DNA from: Oscillospiraceae bacterium
Lineage (GTDB): Bacteria; Bacillota; Clostridia; Oscillospirales; Ruminococcaceae
Assembly: GCA_051881895.1 (NCBI GenBank)
Contig: JBJEQT010000098.1
Location: 1-46,809 of the forward strand
Length of the DNA: 46,809 nt
Direction of reading: 5' to 3'
The notes below the pieces were generated by a model. It did not search any database. It saw only the letters and a list, made by a program, of their open reading frames with translations, and was not told where the DNA came from. This document shows, one piece after another, positions 19,759 through 28,699 of this stretch. The translations under genes were made by a program, and so were the position numbers. The number at the start of each line of letters is the position of its first letter. Within the stretch, counting starts at the first letter, position 1.

Positions 19759-19992
19759 CTAATCGATCTCTACCGCTATTTTGGTACCCTGGCGGGTGGC
19801 GGCAGCTTTCATCACAGAGCGGATAGACTTGGCGATCCGGCCCTGTTTGCCGATGACTCTGCCCATATCGTCGGGGCCTACATGCAGATGGTACACGACC
19901 ATGCCCTCTTCGTCGGGAGCGTCAGCGGTTACAGAAACTGCGTCCTTGTCTTCTACAAGGCCTTTTACAATTGTCACTAACAGTTCTTCCAT
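19759..19992 (-). CDS. KH-domain RNA-binding protein (YlqC family)
   Basis: 77 aa with the GRVIGKQGRIAKSIRSV KH motif. It occupies the conserved position after rpsP. Confidence 0.85.
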   Translation of the reverse strand: MEELLVTIVKGLVEDKDAVSVTADAPDEEGMVVYHLHVGPDDMGRVIGKQGRIAKSIRSVMKAAATRQGTKIAVEID

Positions 19993-20012
19993 AGCGTATC
20001 ACCTTTCACCGA

Positions 20013-20255
20013 TTAGAGCACGCCGGCAATTTTCAGCAGGGATTTCACGGTATCGGTAGGTTGCGCGCCGGTAGAAATCCATTTTTTCGCTTTTTCCTCA
20101 TCAACTTTGATGACGGAAGGCTCCTTGGTCGGATCATAATAGCCAACTTCCTCGATGAATCTGCCATCTCTGGGATATCTGGAATCAGCTACGACGATAC
20201 GGTAAAAAGGAGCTTTTTTCGCGCCCATTCTGCGAAGTCTTATTTTAACAGCCAT
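20013..20255 (-). CDS. rpsP: 30S ribosomal protein S16
   Basis: [26 protein letters not shown]... GGAGGTGA lies 5 nt before ATG 20255. The track start at 20270 adds 5 residues. Confidence 0.95.
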   Translation of the reverse strand: MAVKIRLRRMGAKKAPFYRIVVADSRYPRDGRFIEEVGYYDPTKEPSVIKVDEEKAKKWISTGAQPTDTVKSLLKIAGVL

Positions 20256-20315
20256 TTCTGTCACCTCCATAAATTTGATTGTGTATACTGACCGGTCAGC
20301 CGGTTGATACCAGAT

Positions 20316-21698
20316 TTACATAAAAGGGAACCCGCCGCCAGCGCCGGGCATCCCGCCCATACCGGGCATTCCACCCATGCGGCGCAGCTTTTTGCTCATT
20401 TTTCCCGGATTGGAAAACTGCTTGAGCATTTTCTGCATCTGCTCATACTGGCGCAGCACCCGGTTTACATCCTCGACCTTCGTGCCGCTGCCGGCGGCGA
20501 TGCGCCGCTTGCGGGAGGGGTTGATAATCGAAGGCTTTTCCCGCTCCCTGGCGGTCATGGAAGTAATGATTGCTTCCATTTTCCGCAGTTCCGCCTCGCC
20601 TTTTTCGGCGTCTTCCTCTTTTAACTGGACCTTTTGCCCCGGCAGCATGGACATGACCTGCTGCAGCGGGCCCATTTTCTTTAACTGGTGCATTTGGTCC
20701 AAAAGATCGTTGAGATCGAATTTGTTTTCTTTTAAACGCTGTGCCGTTTTGGCCGCCTGTTTTTCATCAAACTGCTCCTGGGCTTTGTCGATCAGGGTCA
20801 GCACATCGCCCATTCCCAGAATTCTGGAGGCCATCCGGTCCGGGAAAAACGGCTCCAAATCCTCCAACTTTTCGCCCATACCAACAAATTTGATGGGTTT
20901 TCCGGTCACTGCCCGGATGGACAGCGCCGCGCCGCCGCGGGTATCGCCGTCCAGTTTGGTCAAGATCGTACCGTCGATGCCCAGCGTATCGTCAAAGGAT
21001 TTTGCCACATTGACCGCGTCCTGGCCGGTCATAGCGTCCAGCACCAGCAATATCTCGTCCGGTTTGACCTCGGCCTTGACTCGCTGCAGCTCCGCCATCA
21101 GCTCTTCGTCGATGTGGAGCCGGCCCGCGGTATCCAAAATCACAATATCCCGGCCGTAATCCTTGGCGTAAGACACGGCCTTGCGGGCAATTTCCACCGG
21201 GTCGGCCTGTCCCATCTCAAACACCGGCACATCCACCTTGCCGCCGACTACCTTTAGCTGTTCGATAGCCGCAGGGCGGTAAATATCGCAGGCGACCAAA
21301 AGCGGCCTCTTGCCCTGCTTTTTAAAATGAAGCGCCAGCTTGCCCGAATGGGTGGTTTTACCCGACCCCTGCAGGCCGCACATCATGATGATAGTGGGGA
21401 TTTTCGACGAAATATTGATACGGGCCTGTTCCGACCCCATCAGAGCGGTCAGTTCCTCGTTGACGATTTTAATTACATGCTGGGCCGGAGTCAAACTCTC
21501 CAGCACCTGGGAGCCGATGGCCTTTTCGGTGACGGAAGCGATAAAATCCTTTGCCACTTTATAGTTGACATCCGCTTCCAGCAATGCGAGACGGACCTCC
21601 CGCATCGCCTCTTTTACATCGGCCTCTGTCAGCTTTCCTTTGGAACGGAGCTTTTTAAACGCCGCCGATAATTTGTCCGACAATCCTTCAAACGCCAT
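20316..21698 (-). CDS. ffh: Signal recognition particle protein Ffh
   Basis: 460 aa. GTPase motifs GLQGSGKTT, DTAGR and TKLDG, plus a Met-rich M-domain tail (MGGMPGMGGMPG). Confidence 0.95.
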   Translation of the reverse strand: MAFEGLSDKLSAAFKKLRSKGKLTEADVKEAMREVRLALLEADVNYKVAKDFIASVTEKAIGSQVLESLTPAQHVIKIVNEELTALMGSEQARINISSKIPTIIMMCGLQGSGKTTHSGKLALHFKKQGKRPLLVACDIYRPAAIEQLKVVGGKVDVPVFEMGQADPVEIARKAVSYAKDYGRDIVILDTAGRLHIDEELMAELQRVKAEVKPDEILLVLDAMTGQDAVNVAKSFDDTLGIDGTILTKLDGDTRGGAALSIRAVTGKPIKFVGMGEKLEDLEPFFPDRMASRILGMGDVLTLIDKAQEQFDEKQAAKTAQRLKENKFDLNDLLDQMHQLKKMGPLQQVMSMLPGQKVQLKEEDAEKGEAELRKMEAIITSMTAREREKPSIINPSRKRRIAAGSGTKVEDVNRVLRQYEQMQKMLKQFSNPGKMSKKLRRMGGMPGMGGMPGAGGGFPFM

Positions 21699-21707
21699 GA
21701 CGACCCT

Positions 21708-22067
21708 CTATTCATCCAATTCTTTTGCCAGCCGGATAATCTCATCCGCCTTTTGCGCAATCTGTTTGGAATAGCCAAACTCACTGTTGTAAAAATTAAT
21801 ATCCTGGGCGCAACGGACAATCTGCTCGATGCCGTCCTGCATCTTGCGAAAACGCTTGGCCAAGCCCAGACGTTCCTCCATTTCCAAAAGCACCGCTTCG
21901 CCGCGCTTAATGGAATCCCGCACGCCCTGACGGGTGATCCCCTCAAACTCGCCGATCTCCGACAAAGACAGGTCCTCGTTATAATAAAAACCGATGACCT
22001 CCCGCTGCTTTTCGGTGAGCATATCGCCATAAAAGTCAAGCAGAACCGAAATATCCAGATTTTTCAT
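21708..22067 (-). CDS. ylxM: YlxM/UPF0122 putative helix-turn-helix protein
   Basis: 119 aa with a sigma-70 region-4-like HTH (LSLSEIGEFEGITRQGVRDSIKR). It lies immediately upstream of ffh, as in other Firmicutes. Confidence 0.85.
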   Translation of the reverse strand: MKNLDISVLLDFYGDMLTEKQREVIGFYYNEDLSLSEIGEFEGITRQGVRDSIKRGEAVLLEMEERLGLAKRFRKMQDGIEQIVRCAQDINFYNSEFGYSKQIAQKADEIIRLAKELDE

Positions 22068-22136
22068 CCAAATCTCTCCCTTGCTTTGTTTGGGCGGTAT
22101 TGTGTAAAGGCCAATCCTTTACAACTCACAACGGTT

Positions 22137-22165
22137 ATTATACAAAAAAATGTTTATACAGTCAA
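22137..22165 (-). promoter_or_regulatory. Consensus-like sigma-A promoter of the ylxM-ffh-rpsP operon
   Basis: Minus strand TTGACT (22165..22160), 17-nt spacer, TATAAT (22142..22137). It lies about 70 nt upstream of the ylxM ATG. Confidence 0.7.
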
Positions 22166-22249
22166 GGTTTTTTTCTTTACACAATCTGAGAAAATACAAA
22201 TTTTTCTCCTTTTCTTTTGTGAATTTCGGCAAAAGGGAACTGCGCCAGT

Positions 22250-24058
22250 TTATGCGGGCCAAAAAAGCAGCGCGATCCGGTAAATGAGAAAGGCGGCGGC
22301 GTAGGCCACGGCAGTCTGACCTGCCATAGCCCAAAGTCCCGCGCGCCAGTCGCCAAGCTCCCGGCGGATCGCGGCAAACGCAGCTACGCAGGGCATATAC
22401 AGCAGCACAAACACCAGAAAGGACAAAGCTGACGCCGGGGTAAATGCCTGCTGCAAAGCGGCGCTCAGACCGGCGGCATTGCCGTAAGCATACAATGCCG
22501 CCAAAGAACTTACCACCGCCTCCTTTGCGACAAGTCCCGCCAGCAGGGACACCGCCGCCTGCCAGCTGCCAAAGCCCAATGGCTGAAACAGCGGCGCCAG
22601 CCATTCGCCGACGGTGCCGAACATGCTGATGCTGGCCTGGCGGGTCCAGTCCAGCGAAAAAGTCAGATGCTGCGTCAGCCAGATCAGCGCGCTTAGCGAA
22701 ACGATGACGGTGCCGGCTTTGGCCACAAAGCCTTTGCACTTGTCCCAAAGGCGGCGCATGGTACCCGTCAGCGTCGGCAGGCGATAAGGCGGCAGCTCCA
22801 TCAAAAAAGGAGCGTCCCGATTTTTTTCGGCGCCGCCGGTCAGGCGAATCCATAAAACGCCCAGCGACACGCCAAGTATGTACAGGCTGAAAACCAAAAG
22901 GGCCCGGTTCTTCGGAAAAAAAGCGGATGCGAAAAGGATATAGACCGGCAATTTCGCCCCGCAGGAGAAAAACGGCAGCATGCGAATCGCCAGACGGCGC
23001 TCCCGCTCCCGCTCCAGTGTCCGGGTTGCCATCACGGCAGGCGTAGTACAGCCAAACCCCATCAGCAGGGGGATAAACGCCTTGCCCGAAAGTCCTGTTT
23101 TCTGAAGCAGACGGTCCATCACAAATGCGCCTCTGGCCATGTAGCCGCTGTCTTCCAGCAAAGTCAAAAACAAAAATAAAAGCGCTATCTGCGGCAAAAA
23201 TGTCAATACGCTTCCAACGCCTGCCCAGATGCCATCCACCACCATTTCCCTGGCCCACCAGGACGCGCCGGTGCGGTCCAACAGCGTCTCCAGCCCGCGG
23301 GATATGATTTCCACGCCCCGCTCCGCCGCCGCTTTCATCGCCATGCCCGGCGGGCCGAAAATAGAGGCGAACATCAAAAACATCACCAGCAGAAAAATCG
23401 GGATGGCCAGATATTTGTCGATCAGGATACGGTCCAGCCGCTCCGTCAATCTGCCGGCTGCGGCTCCGCTGTCGTAAACGCCGTCCAGCAGCATCCGGAT
23501 GATTTCGTAGCGATTTTTTTCGTTCTCTTCCCCCGCTTCTTTTAGCCAGGCCGGCCGGTTGGCGCCTGCTTTTTGAGCCGCTTTTTCCATTGCCAACAAA
23601 AGCTGCCCCATATTTTTCCCGCTGCGGGCCGATATGGGGATCACCGGTACGCCAAGGCGCCGGGACAGCGCGTCACAGTCCACCTTCCCGCCCTGCCGCT
23701 CAAGCTGGTCGCACAGGTTCACCGCCACCACCGTCGGAAGATTGCGCTCCAGCAGCTGCAGCGTCAGATAAAGGTTGCGCTCCAAAGCGGTGGCGTCAAC
23801 AATATTCAGCACCAGATCCGGCGGCGTATCCTCCAAAAAAGAAGCGGCTACCTTTTCCTCCGGCGAATAGGCGGCCAGCGAATAAATTCCCGGCAAGTCT
23901 GTCAGCATCCAAGGCTTTCCTTGTATCCGGCCCTCTTTTCGCTCCACTGTCACGCCGGGCCAGTTGCCCGTCACCTGATGGGCTCCGGTCAGCCGGTTGA
24001 ACAGAGTGCTTTTGCCGCTGTTGGGGTTTCCCAATAATCCAATCGTCCGATTCGCCAT
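22250..24058 (-). CDS. feoB: Ferrous iron transporter FeoB
   Basis: 602 aa. N-terminal G-domain GNPNSGKSTLFN, DLPG and NLCD, followed by a polytopic membrane domain. RBS AAAGGAG. Confidence 0.95.
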   Translation of the reverse strand: MANRTIGLLGNPNSGKSTLFNRLTGAHQVTGNWPGVTVERKEGRIQGKPWMLTDLPGIYSLAAYSPEEKVAASFLEDTPPDLVLNIVDATALERNLYLTLQLLERNLPTVVAVNLCDQLERQGGKVDCDALSRRLGVPVIPISARSGKNMGQLLLAMEKAAQKAGANRPAWLKEAGEENEKNRYEIIRMLLDGVYDSGAAAGRLTERLDRILIDKYLAIPIFLLVMFLMFASIFGPPGMAMKAAAERGVEIISRGLETLLDRTGASWWAREMVVDGIWAGVGSVLTFLPQIALLFLFLTLLEDSGYMARGAFVMDRLLQKTGLSGKAFIPLLMGFGCTTPAVMATRTLERERERRLAIRMLPFFSCGAKLPVYILFASAFFPKNRALLVFSLYILGVSLGVLWIRLTGGAEKNRDAPFLMELPPYRLPTLTGTMRRLWDKCKGFVAKAGTVIVSLSALIWLTQHLTFSLDWTRQASISMFGTVGEWLAPLFQPLGFGSWQAAVSLLAGLVAKEAVVSSLAALYAYGNAAGLSAALQQAFTPASALSFLVFVLLYMPCVAAFAAIRRELGDWRAGLWAMAGQTAVAYAAAFLIYRIALLFWPA

Positions 24059-24123
24059 ATTTTTTCTCCTTTCGCCGCCGCTTTTTGGTTTTTACCGCGG
24101 GCGGCAGCTTGGGAGGTCAATTT

Positions 24124-24399
24124 TCAGCGGTCCGATCGCCGGTTTTCAAATCCTCCCGCAACAGATATATGCGCCGGGCGGACAAGGATATGCGCCGCAT
24201 CCGCGTTTCGGATTGCCAAAGCGCATCCGCGCACCATATAAATGGAGGGGTCGCCGAGCGGAGCCTGGCGCTTGCGGCAGATACGAACCCCTTCGGTGAT
24301 CCCCATTTCCCGCAGCCGGCTGCCCAGCAAAGCCTCATCCTCCACCTGCAGCACCACCGCTTCCTCCCCCAACGGTACCTGGTCCAAAGTCCATTCCAT
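24124..24399 (-). CDS. feoA: FeoA family protein
   Basis: FeoA/SH3-like sequence (RLREMGITEGVRI...GDPSIYMVRGCALAIR). I prefer ATG 24399, 8 nt after GGAG. The track start is 24405. Confidence 0.85.
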   Translation of the reverse strand: MEWTLDQVPLGEEAVVLQVEDEALLGSRLREMGITEGVRICRKRQAPLGDPSIYMVRGCALAIRNADAAHILVRPAHISVAGGFENRRSDR

Positions 24400-24603
24400 T
24401 CTCATCTCTCCTTTTGCGGTCTGTTTTCAGTATATACCCGAACCGAGAGAACGGTCCCAACCACTTTTCCGTTTCCCGCCGGACAACGGCAGTATGCTCC
24501 AAAAACCGGACTTTATGCGTTTGGGGCGTTTTTAACGCTGTGGAGCATCCCCTCTTTTTGCGGCTACGAGGACCGGAAAAGACAAAATGGCTGCGCCTGC
24601 AAA

Positions 24604-24640
24604 CAAAAAACGGACGCTTCCAAAAGCGTCCGTTTTTTTG
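24604..24640. terminator. Bidirectional intrinsic terminator downstream of metH
   Basis: Perfect 10-bp stem ACGGACGCTT / AAGCGTCCGT (24610..24619 and 24624..24633) with loop CCAA. It is flanked by an A-run and a T-run and lies about 35 nt after the metH stop. Confidence 0.8.
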
Positions 24641-24671
24641 TTTATTATGGGGAATTTCCAAAAGAAAAATA

Positions 24672-27089
24672 TTATTGGTCCGCCGCTTTGCCAAAAACCT
24701 GTTCTGCGTACCGGACCGTTTCCATCGCGTTTTTCGCGTAGTAATCCGCTCCGATCATATCCGCATACTCCTGGGTCAGCACCGCTCCGCCGACCACCAC
24801 TTTGCAGTCCGGTTTTTCGGCGCGAAGCAGCCGCGCTGTTTGTTCCATTGCGGGGACGGTGGTCGTCATCAAGGCAGACAGACCCACCAAGCGGATATCG
24901 TTCTGCAAGACGGCTTCCAGAATTTTTTCCGGCGGCACATCCCGTCCCAGGTCGATCACCCGATATCCATAGTTTTCCATCAGAACCTTGACGATATTTT
25001 TGCCGATGTCGTGGATATCCCCTTTCACCGTGGCAAGGATCACCGCCGGTCCTTGTTCCGACGCCGCAGGCATTGTCTTACGCACTTCGTCAAACGCGGC
25101 TTTTGCCGCCTCGGCGCTCATGAGAAGCTGCGGCAGGAAAACCGTTTTCTTCTCAAATCCCTGACCCACAATATCCAAAGCAGGAATGATCTGCTCGTTG
25201 ATGACCGCCAGGCCATCGGCATGCGCAAGCGCCTCTTGGGCGGCGCGGGAAGCTTCTTCCCGCAGTCCGCGCTCAATCGCGGCCTGCAGCCCGTCCTCTT
25301 TTTCAGGCAGGTCGCTTTTCGCCGGGGCCGATGAGCTGACCTGGGACACAAGATCCTGCGCGAAACCGATGTACCTCTGGCAATTGGGATCCTGGCCCGA
25401 CAGCGCCAGATAACAATGATACGCTTTTTGCATCTCCATCGAAAAAGGATTCATAATCGCCGCGTCCAGCCCCCGGGCCAACGCCATCGTGAAGAAAGAA
25501 GCCGTGACAAATTCCCGGTTCGGCAGGCCAAACGAAACGTTGGAAACGCCCAGCGAACAGCAAACGCCCAATTCCTTTTTTAACAGGCTGACCGTTTCCA
25601 GCGTGACGTTTGCCGCCTGGTTATCCGACGAGACCGTCATCGCCAGCGGATCGAAAATCAGATCTTCCGGACCGATGCCGTATTCCGCCGCCCGTGTTAA
25701 AATCCGCCGTGCAATTTCCAGCCGTTCCAAAGCCGTATTGGGGATACCGGATTCATCCAGCGTAAGGCACACAACCAGGCCGCCGTATTTTTGCACCAGC
25801 GGAAAGACCGCTTCCATGCTTTCCTCTTTGCCGTTTACCGAATTGAGCATCGGCTTTCCGTTATAGATGCGCATCGCCCGTTCCATCGCTTTCGGGTCGG
25901 ACGTATCCAACTGGAGCGGCAAACTGGTCACTGATTGCAGTTCCTTTACGCACTCGCTGAGCATCGCCGGTTCGTCGATCTCCGGCAAACCTACATTGAC
26001 ATCCAGCACCTCGGCGCCGTGTTCCTGCTGCGCAATCCCCTCTTTGAGAATATAGCCGATATCGTGCGCCCGCAGCGCCTCTTTGAATTTTTTCTTTCCG
26101 GTCGGGTTAATGCGTTCCCCAATCAGCACCGGCCCTTTTCCAAATTCCACCACCTGCGCATAGGAACTGATCACCGACCGTTTTTTTCTGGTCAGCGCAA
26201 CAGGGGTCACGCCGGCAGTGGCGGCGACCATTTTTTGGATGTACGCCGGCGTAGTGCCGCAGCATCCGCCGATTATCCGTGCGCCCTGTTCTGCCACCTG
26301 CTTCATAACCGCGGCAAAATGATCTTCATCCACATCGTAAACCGTCTTTCCATTCCGGCTGCGGGGCATGCCGGCATTGGGTTTGACCAGCAGCGGCAGG
26401 CTGGTGCTGGCGGACAGGCGCGGCAGAAGCTGCAGCATCTGATCCGGCCCCAGCGAACAGTTTATGCCCATCACATCGACCCGGAGGCCTTCCAGCAGGG
26501 CCGCCATCGCCTCCGGCGAAGCGCCGGTCATCAGCTTGGCGTTTTCATCATAAATATTGCTGACAAAAACAGGCAGATCGGCGTTTTCTTTTGCCGCCAA
26601 TACCGCCGCTTTTGTCTCATAAGCGTCATTCATCGTCTCGATCAGAATAAAATCGACGCCCTCTTTTGTACCGGCACGCACGACCTCGGCAAACAACTCT
26701 ACCGCCGTTTCAAACGGCAAGTCCCCCAGCGGCTCCAACATTCTCCCCAAAGGGCCGATATCCAACCCTACAAACCGGTTCATTTGTCCGCCCTGCGCCG
26801 TATCGCGCGCCGTTTTGGCGCAGCGAACAGCCGCCCTGACCACTTCATCCAAAACGGGAAGCCCGTTTTTTTCGCCAAATTTCAGGCTGTTCGCGCCAAA
26901 GGTATTGGTGAGGACCGCATGGCTCCCCGCCTCAAAATAAGTCCGCGCCAGCTCGGTGATCTTTTGCGGATGGGTAAGATTCCAAAGTTCCGGCAGTTCA
27001 CCCGGGACAAGGCCCATTGCCTGTAAGGATGTGCCGGTTCCGCCATCCAGATAAAACAGCCCGCTTTTTACACATTCCATCACATTCAC
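24672..27089 (-). CDS. metH: Cobalamin-dependent methionine synthase core (Hcy-binding, pterin-binding and B12-binding modules; no activation domain)
   Basis: Hcy domain with zinc cysteines (INCSLGP, IIGGCCGTTPAYI). A pterin-binding barrel. A B12-binding domain with DxHxxG (GDIHDIGKN). The protein ends right after the Rossmann B12 module. I prefer the GTG start at 27089, 9 nt after AGGAGG; ATG 27080 is the alternative. Confidence 0.9.
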   Translation of the reverse strand: MNVMECVKSGLFYLDGGTGTSLQAMGLVPGELPELWNLTHPQKITELARTYFEAGSHAVLTNTFGANSLKFGEKNGLPVLDEVVRAAVRCAKTARDTAQGGQMNRFVGLDIGPLGRMLEPLGDLPFETAVELFAEVVRAGTKEGVDFILIETMNDAYETKAAVLAAKENADLPVFVSNIYDENAKLMTGASPEAMAALLEGLRVDVMGINCSLGPDQMLQLLPRLSASTSLPLLVKPNAGMPRSRNGKTVYDVDEDHFAAVMKQVAEQGARIIGGCCGTTPAYIQKMVAATAGVTPVALTRKKRSVISSYAQVVEFGKGPVLIGERINPTGKKKFKEALRAHDIGYILKEGIAQQEHGAEVLDVNVGLPEIDEPAMLSECVKELQSVTSLPLQLDTSDPKAMERAMRIYNGKPMLNSVNGKEESMEAVFPLVQKYGGLVVCLTLDESGIPNTALERLEIARRILTRAAEYGIGPEDLIFDPLAMTVSSDNQAANVTLETVSLLKKELGVCCSLGVSNVSFGLPNREFVTASFFTMALARGLDAAIMNPFSMEMQKAYHCYLALSGQDPNCQRYIGFAQDLVSQVSSSAPAKSDLPEKEDGLQAAIERGLREEASRAAQEALAHADGLAVINEQIIPALDIVGQGFEKKTVFLPQLLMSAEAAKAAFDEVRKTMPAASEQGPAVILATVKGDIHDIGKNIVKVLMENYGYRVIDLGRDVPPEKILEAVLQNDIRLVGLSALMTTTVPAMEQTARLLRAEKPDCKVVVGGAVLTQEYADMIGADYYAKNAMETVRYAEQVFGKAADQ

Positions 27090-27102
27090 AGCAATCGACC
27101 TC

Positions 27103-27771
27103 CTATAATCGAAAAGCGCAGTCTTTTTTTGAACACGCCGAACAGTCATGAAACCGCATGGTACAACCGGTATGCCCCATCCCCACAATGGCCGAAACCG
27201 ATTTCTGGGGGATCATCAAAAGCGCATCGGACAAAACAATTCCGGCTTTCCGCTTACTGTCCAGCACTTCCAAAAGCTTTTTCTGAAACGCCAGCGGCAA
27301 ATCGCCATAGCCTGGGCTGAATCGTGGACGGAAGCGCAGATCGGGGTATTTTTCCTCCCATTCACTGCACAGCTGGTCGCAGAACGCCTCTATCGCCGCT
27401 GAGCCAATGGCGTCGAGCACCAGCGCCCTGGCGGGTGAAGTCACCGCCGCGCGGCGGCGCTGCAGATCAATCTGCGCGCCCAAAGTAGCCGCAAACAGGA
27501 TCGCTTTTTGGCACCCCTCCAGGTTTCGGGCCAGGCTGGCGCTTTCCACCTGCATGGCGCCAAAATCTATCACCTGATTCTCTGTAAAGACCGGCAGTTC
27601 CAGATAACACGCCTGGCAGCGAACCGCCAAGGAAAATTCGGGCAGGCACGCATCTATCAGCGCAGCCACCGCCGGATCTTCTTCTGCTCTTCCCATCCCC
27701 AGATAGCGTAAAATATTTTTCCGCGCAACGGGGGGAAGCGCCGCCGAAACGGAAATGACCGGGGCGGTCAT
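27103..27771 (-). CDS. Stand-alone methionine synthase reactivation (AdoMet-binding activation) domain protein
   Basis: 222 aa. It resembles the C-terminal activation module of MetH (RFRPRFSPGYGDLPL corresponds to the RxxPGY AdoMet-site motif). There is an extra Cys-rich tail CTMRFHDCSACSKKDCAF. The start overlaps the metF stop (ATGA). Confidence 0.7.
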   Translation of the reverse strand: MTAPVISVSAALPPVARKNILRYLGMGRAEEDPAVAALIDACLPEFSLAVRCQACYLELPVFTENQVIDFGAMQVESASLARNLEGCQKAILFAATLGAQIDLQRRRAAVTSPARALVLDAIGSAAIEAFCDQLCSEWEEKYPDLRFRPRFSPGYGDLPLAFQKKLLEVLDSKRKAGIVLSDALLMIPQKSVSAIVGMGHTGCTMRFHDCSACSKKDCAFRL

Positions 27772-28634
27772 TTTAAAATCTCCGAGAGATTGCTTTGAAC
27801 CTGCGCCGCTACCGACGCGTTATTCATCGAGTAAACATGGATCGCCGGTACATCGTTGGCCAGAAGGTCAATGATCTGCTCCGAGGCGTAGATAATCCCC
27901 GCCTGTTTCATTGCGGCCGGATTGCTGCCAAAACGGTCCAAAAGATACCGGAAACGCTGCGGCAGCGCTGTCCCCGAAAGTTCCACAATCCGCTTGATCT
28001 GCTTGGCATTTGTAACCGGCATAATACCTGCTACCACGGGAACGGTAATCCCCGCTTCCCGGACTTTATAAAGGAAATTATAATAAATATTATTGTCAAA
28101 GAACATTTGGGTGGTCAAAAATTCGCATCCGGCATCCACCTTTTCTTTCAGATGCGCGATGTCCTCCGTCTGATTTTTGGAGTCCGGATGGCTTTCCGGA
28201 TAACAAGCGCCGCCAATACAGAATCCACCGTAGCTTTTGATCTCCCGTACCAGTTCGCTCGCGTAATGGTAATACCAATTTTGGGCGGCAGGCGCATTGG
28301 GCGCGATATCGCCTCGCAGCGCCAGCACATTTTCGATGCCGGCGGCGCGCATGGCGGCCAGCTGCTTTTGCACCCCCTCATGCGAAGAGCTGATGCAGCT
28401 CAGATGCGCCAGCGTGGGGACATGGTATTTCTCCTGCAGGTTGGAAGAAATAGAGACGGTATAATCACTGGTCCCTCCTCCTGCGCCGTATGTCACGCTG
28501 ATAAAGTCCGGTGAAAGAGCCGCGATGTTTTCCGTTGCCGTTTGAATGCTCTGGTAATTGTCGCTGGTTTTCGGCGGGAAAACCTCAAAAGACAAACAGG
28601 GTTTCTCGGCCCGGATCAAATCGATTACTTTCAT
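27768..28634 (-). CDS. metF: 5,10-methylenetetrahydrofolate reductase
   Basis: 288 aa. N-terminal LSFEVFPPKT, then ISVTYGAGG and LALRGD motifs typical of MTHFR. Confidence 0.9.
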   Translation of the reverse strand: MKVIDLIRAEKPCLSFEVFPPKTSDNYQSIQTATENIAALSPDFISVTYGAGGGTSDYTVSISSNLQEKYHVPTLAHLSCISSSHEGVQKQLAAMRAAGIENVLALRGDIAPNAPAAQNWYYHYASELVREIKSYGGFCIGGACYPESHPDSKNQTEDIAHLKEKVDAGCEFLTTQMFFDNNIYYNFLYKVREAGITVPVVAGIMPVTNAKQIKRIVELSGTALPQRFRYLLDRFGSNPAAMKQAGIIYASEQIIDLLANDVPAIHVYSMNNASVAAQVQSNLSEILK

Positions 28635-28699
28635 GAAACATCATCCTTATCATTCAATTCAAAAAGATACAGCCTGCCGGCCGCAATCCAATGTTTTGT

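Noticed and set aside
22119-23258. 379-aa minus-strand ORF in an alternative frame of feoB.
   Set aside because: It overlaps the well-supported FeoB frame. The translation is Arg/Gly/Ala-rich with no recognisable domain and no RBS.
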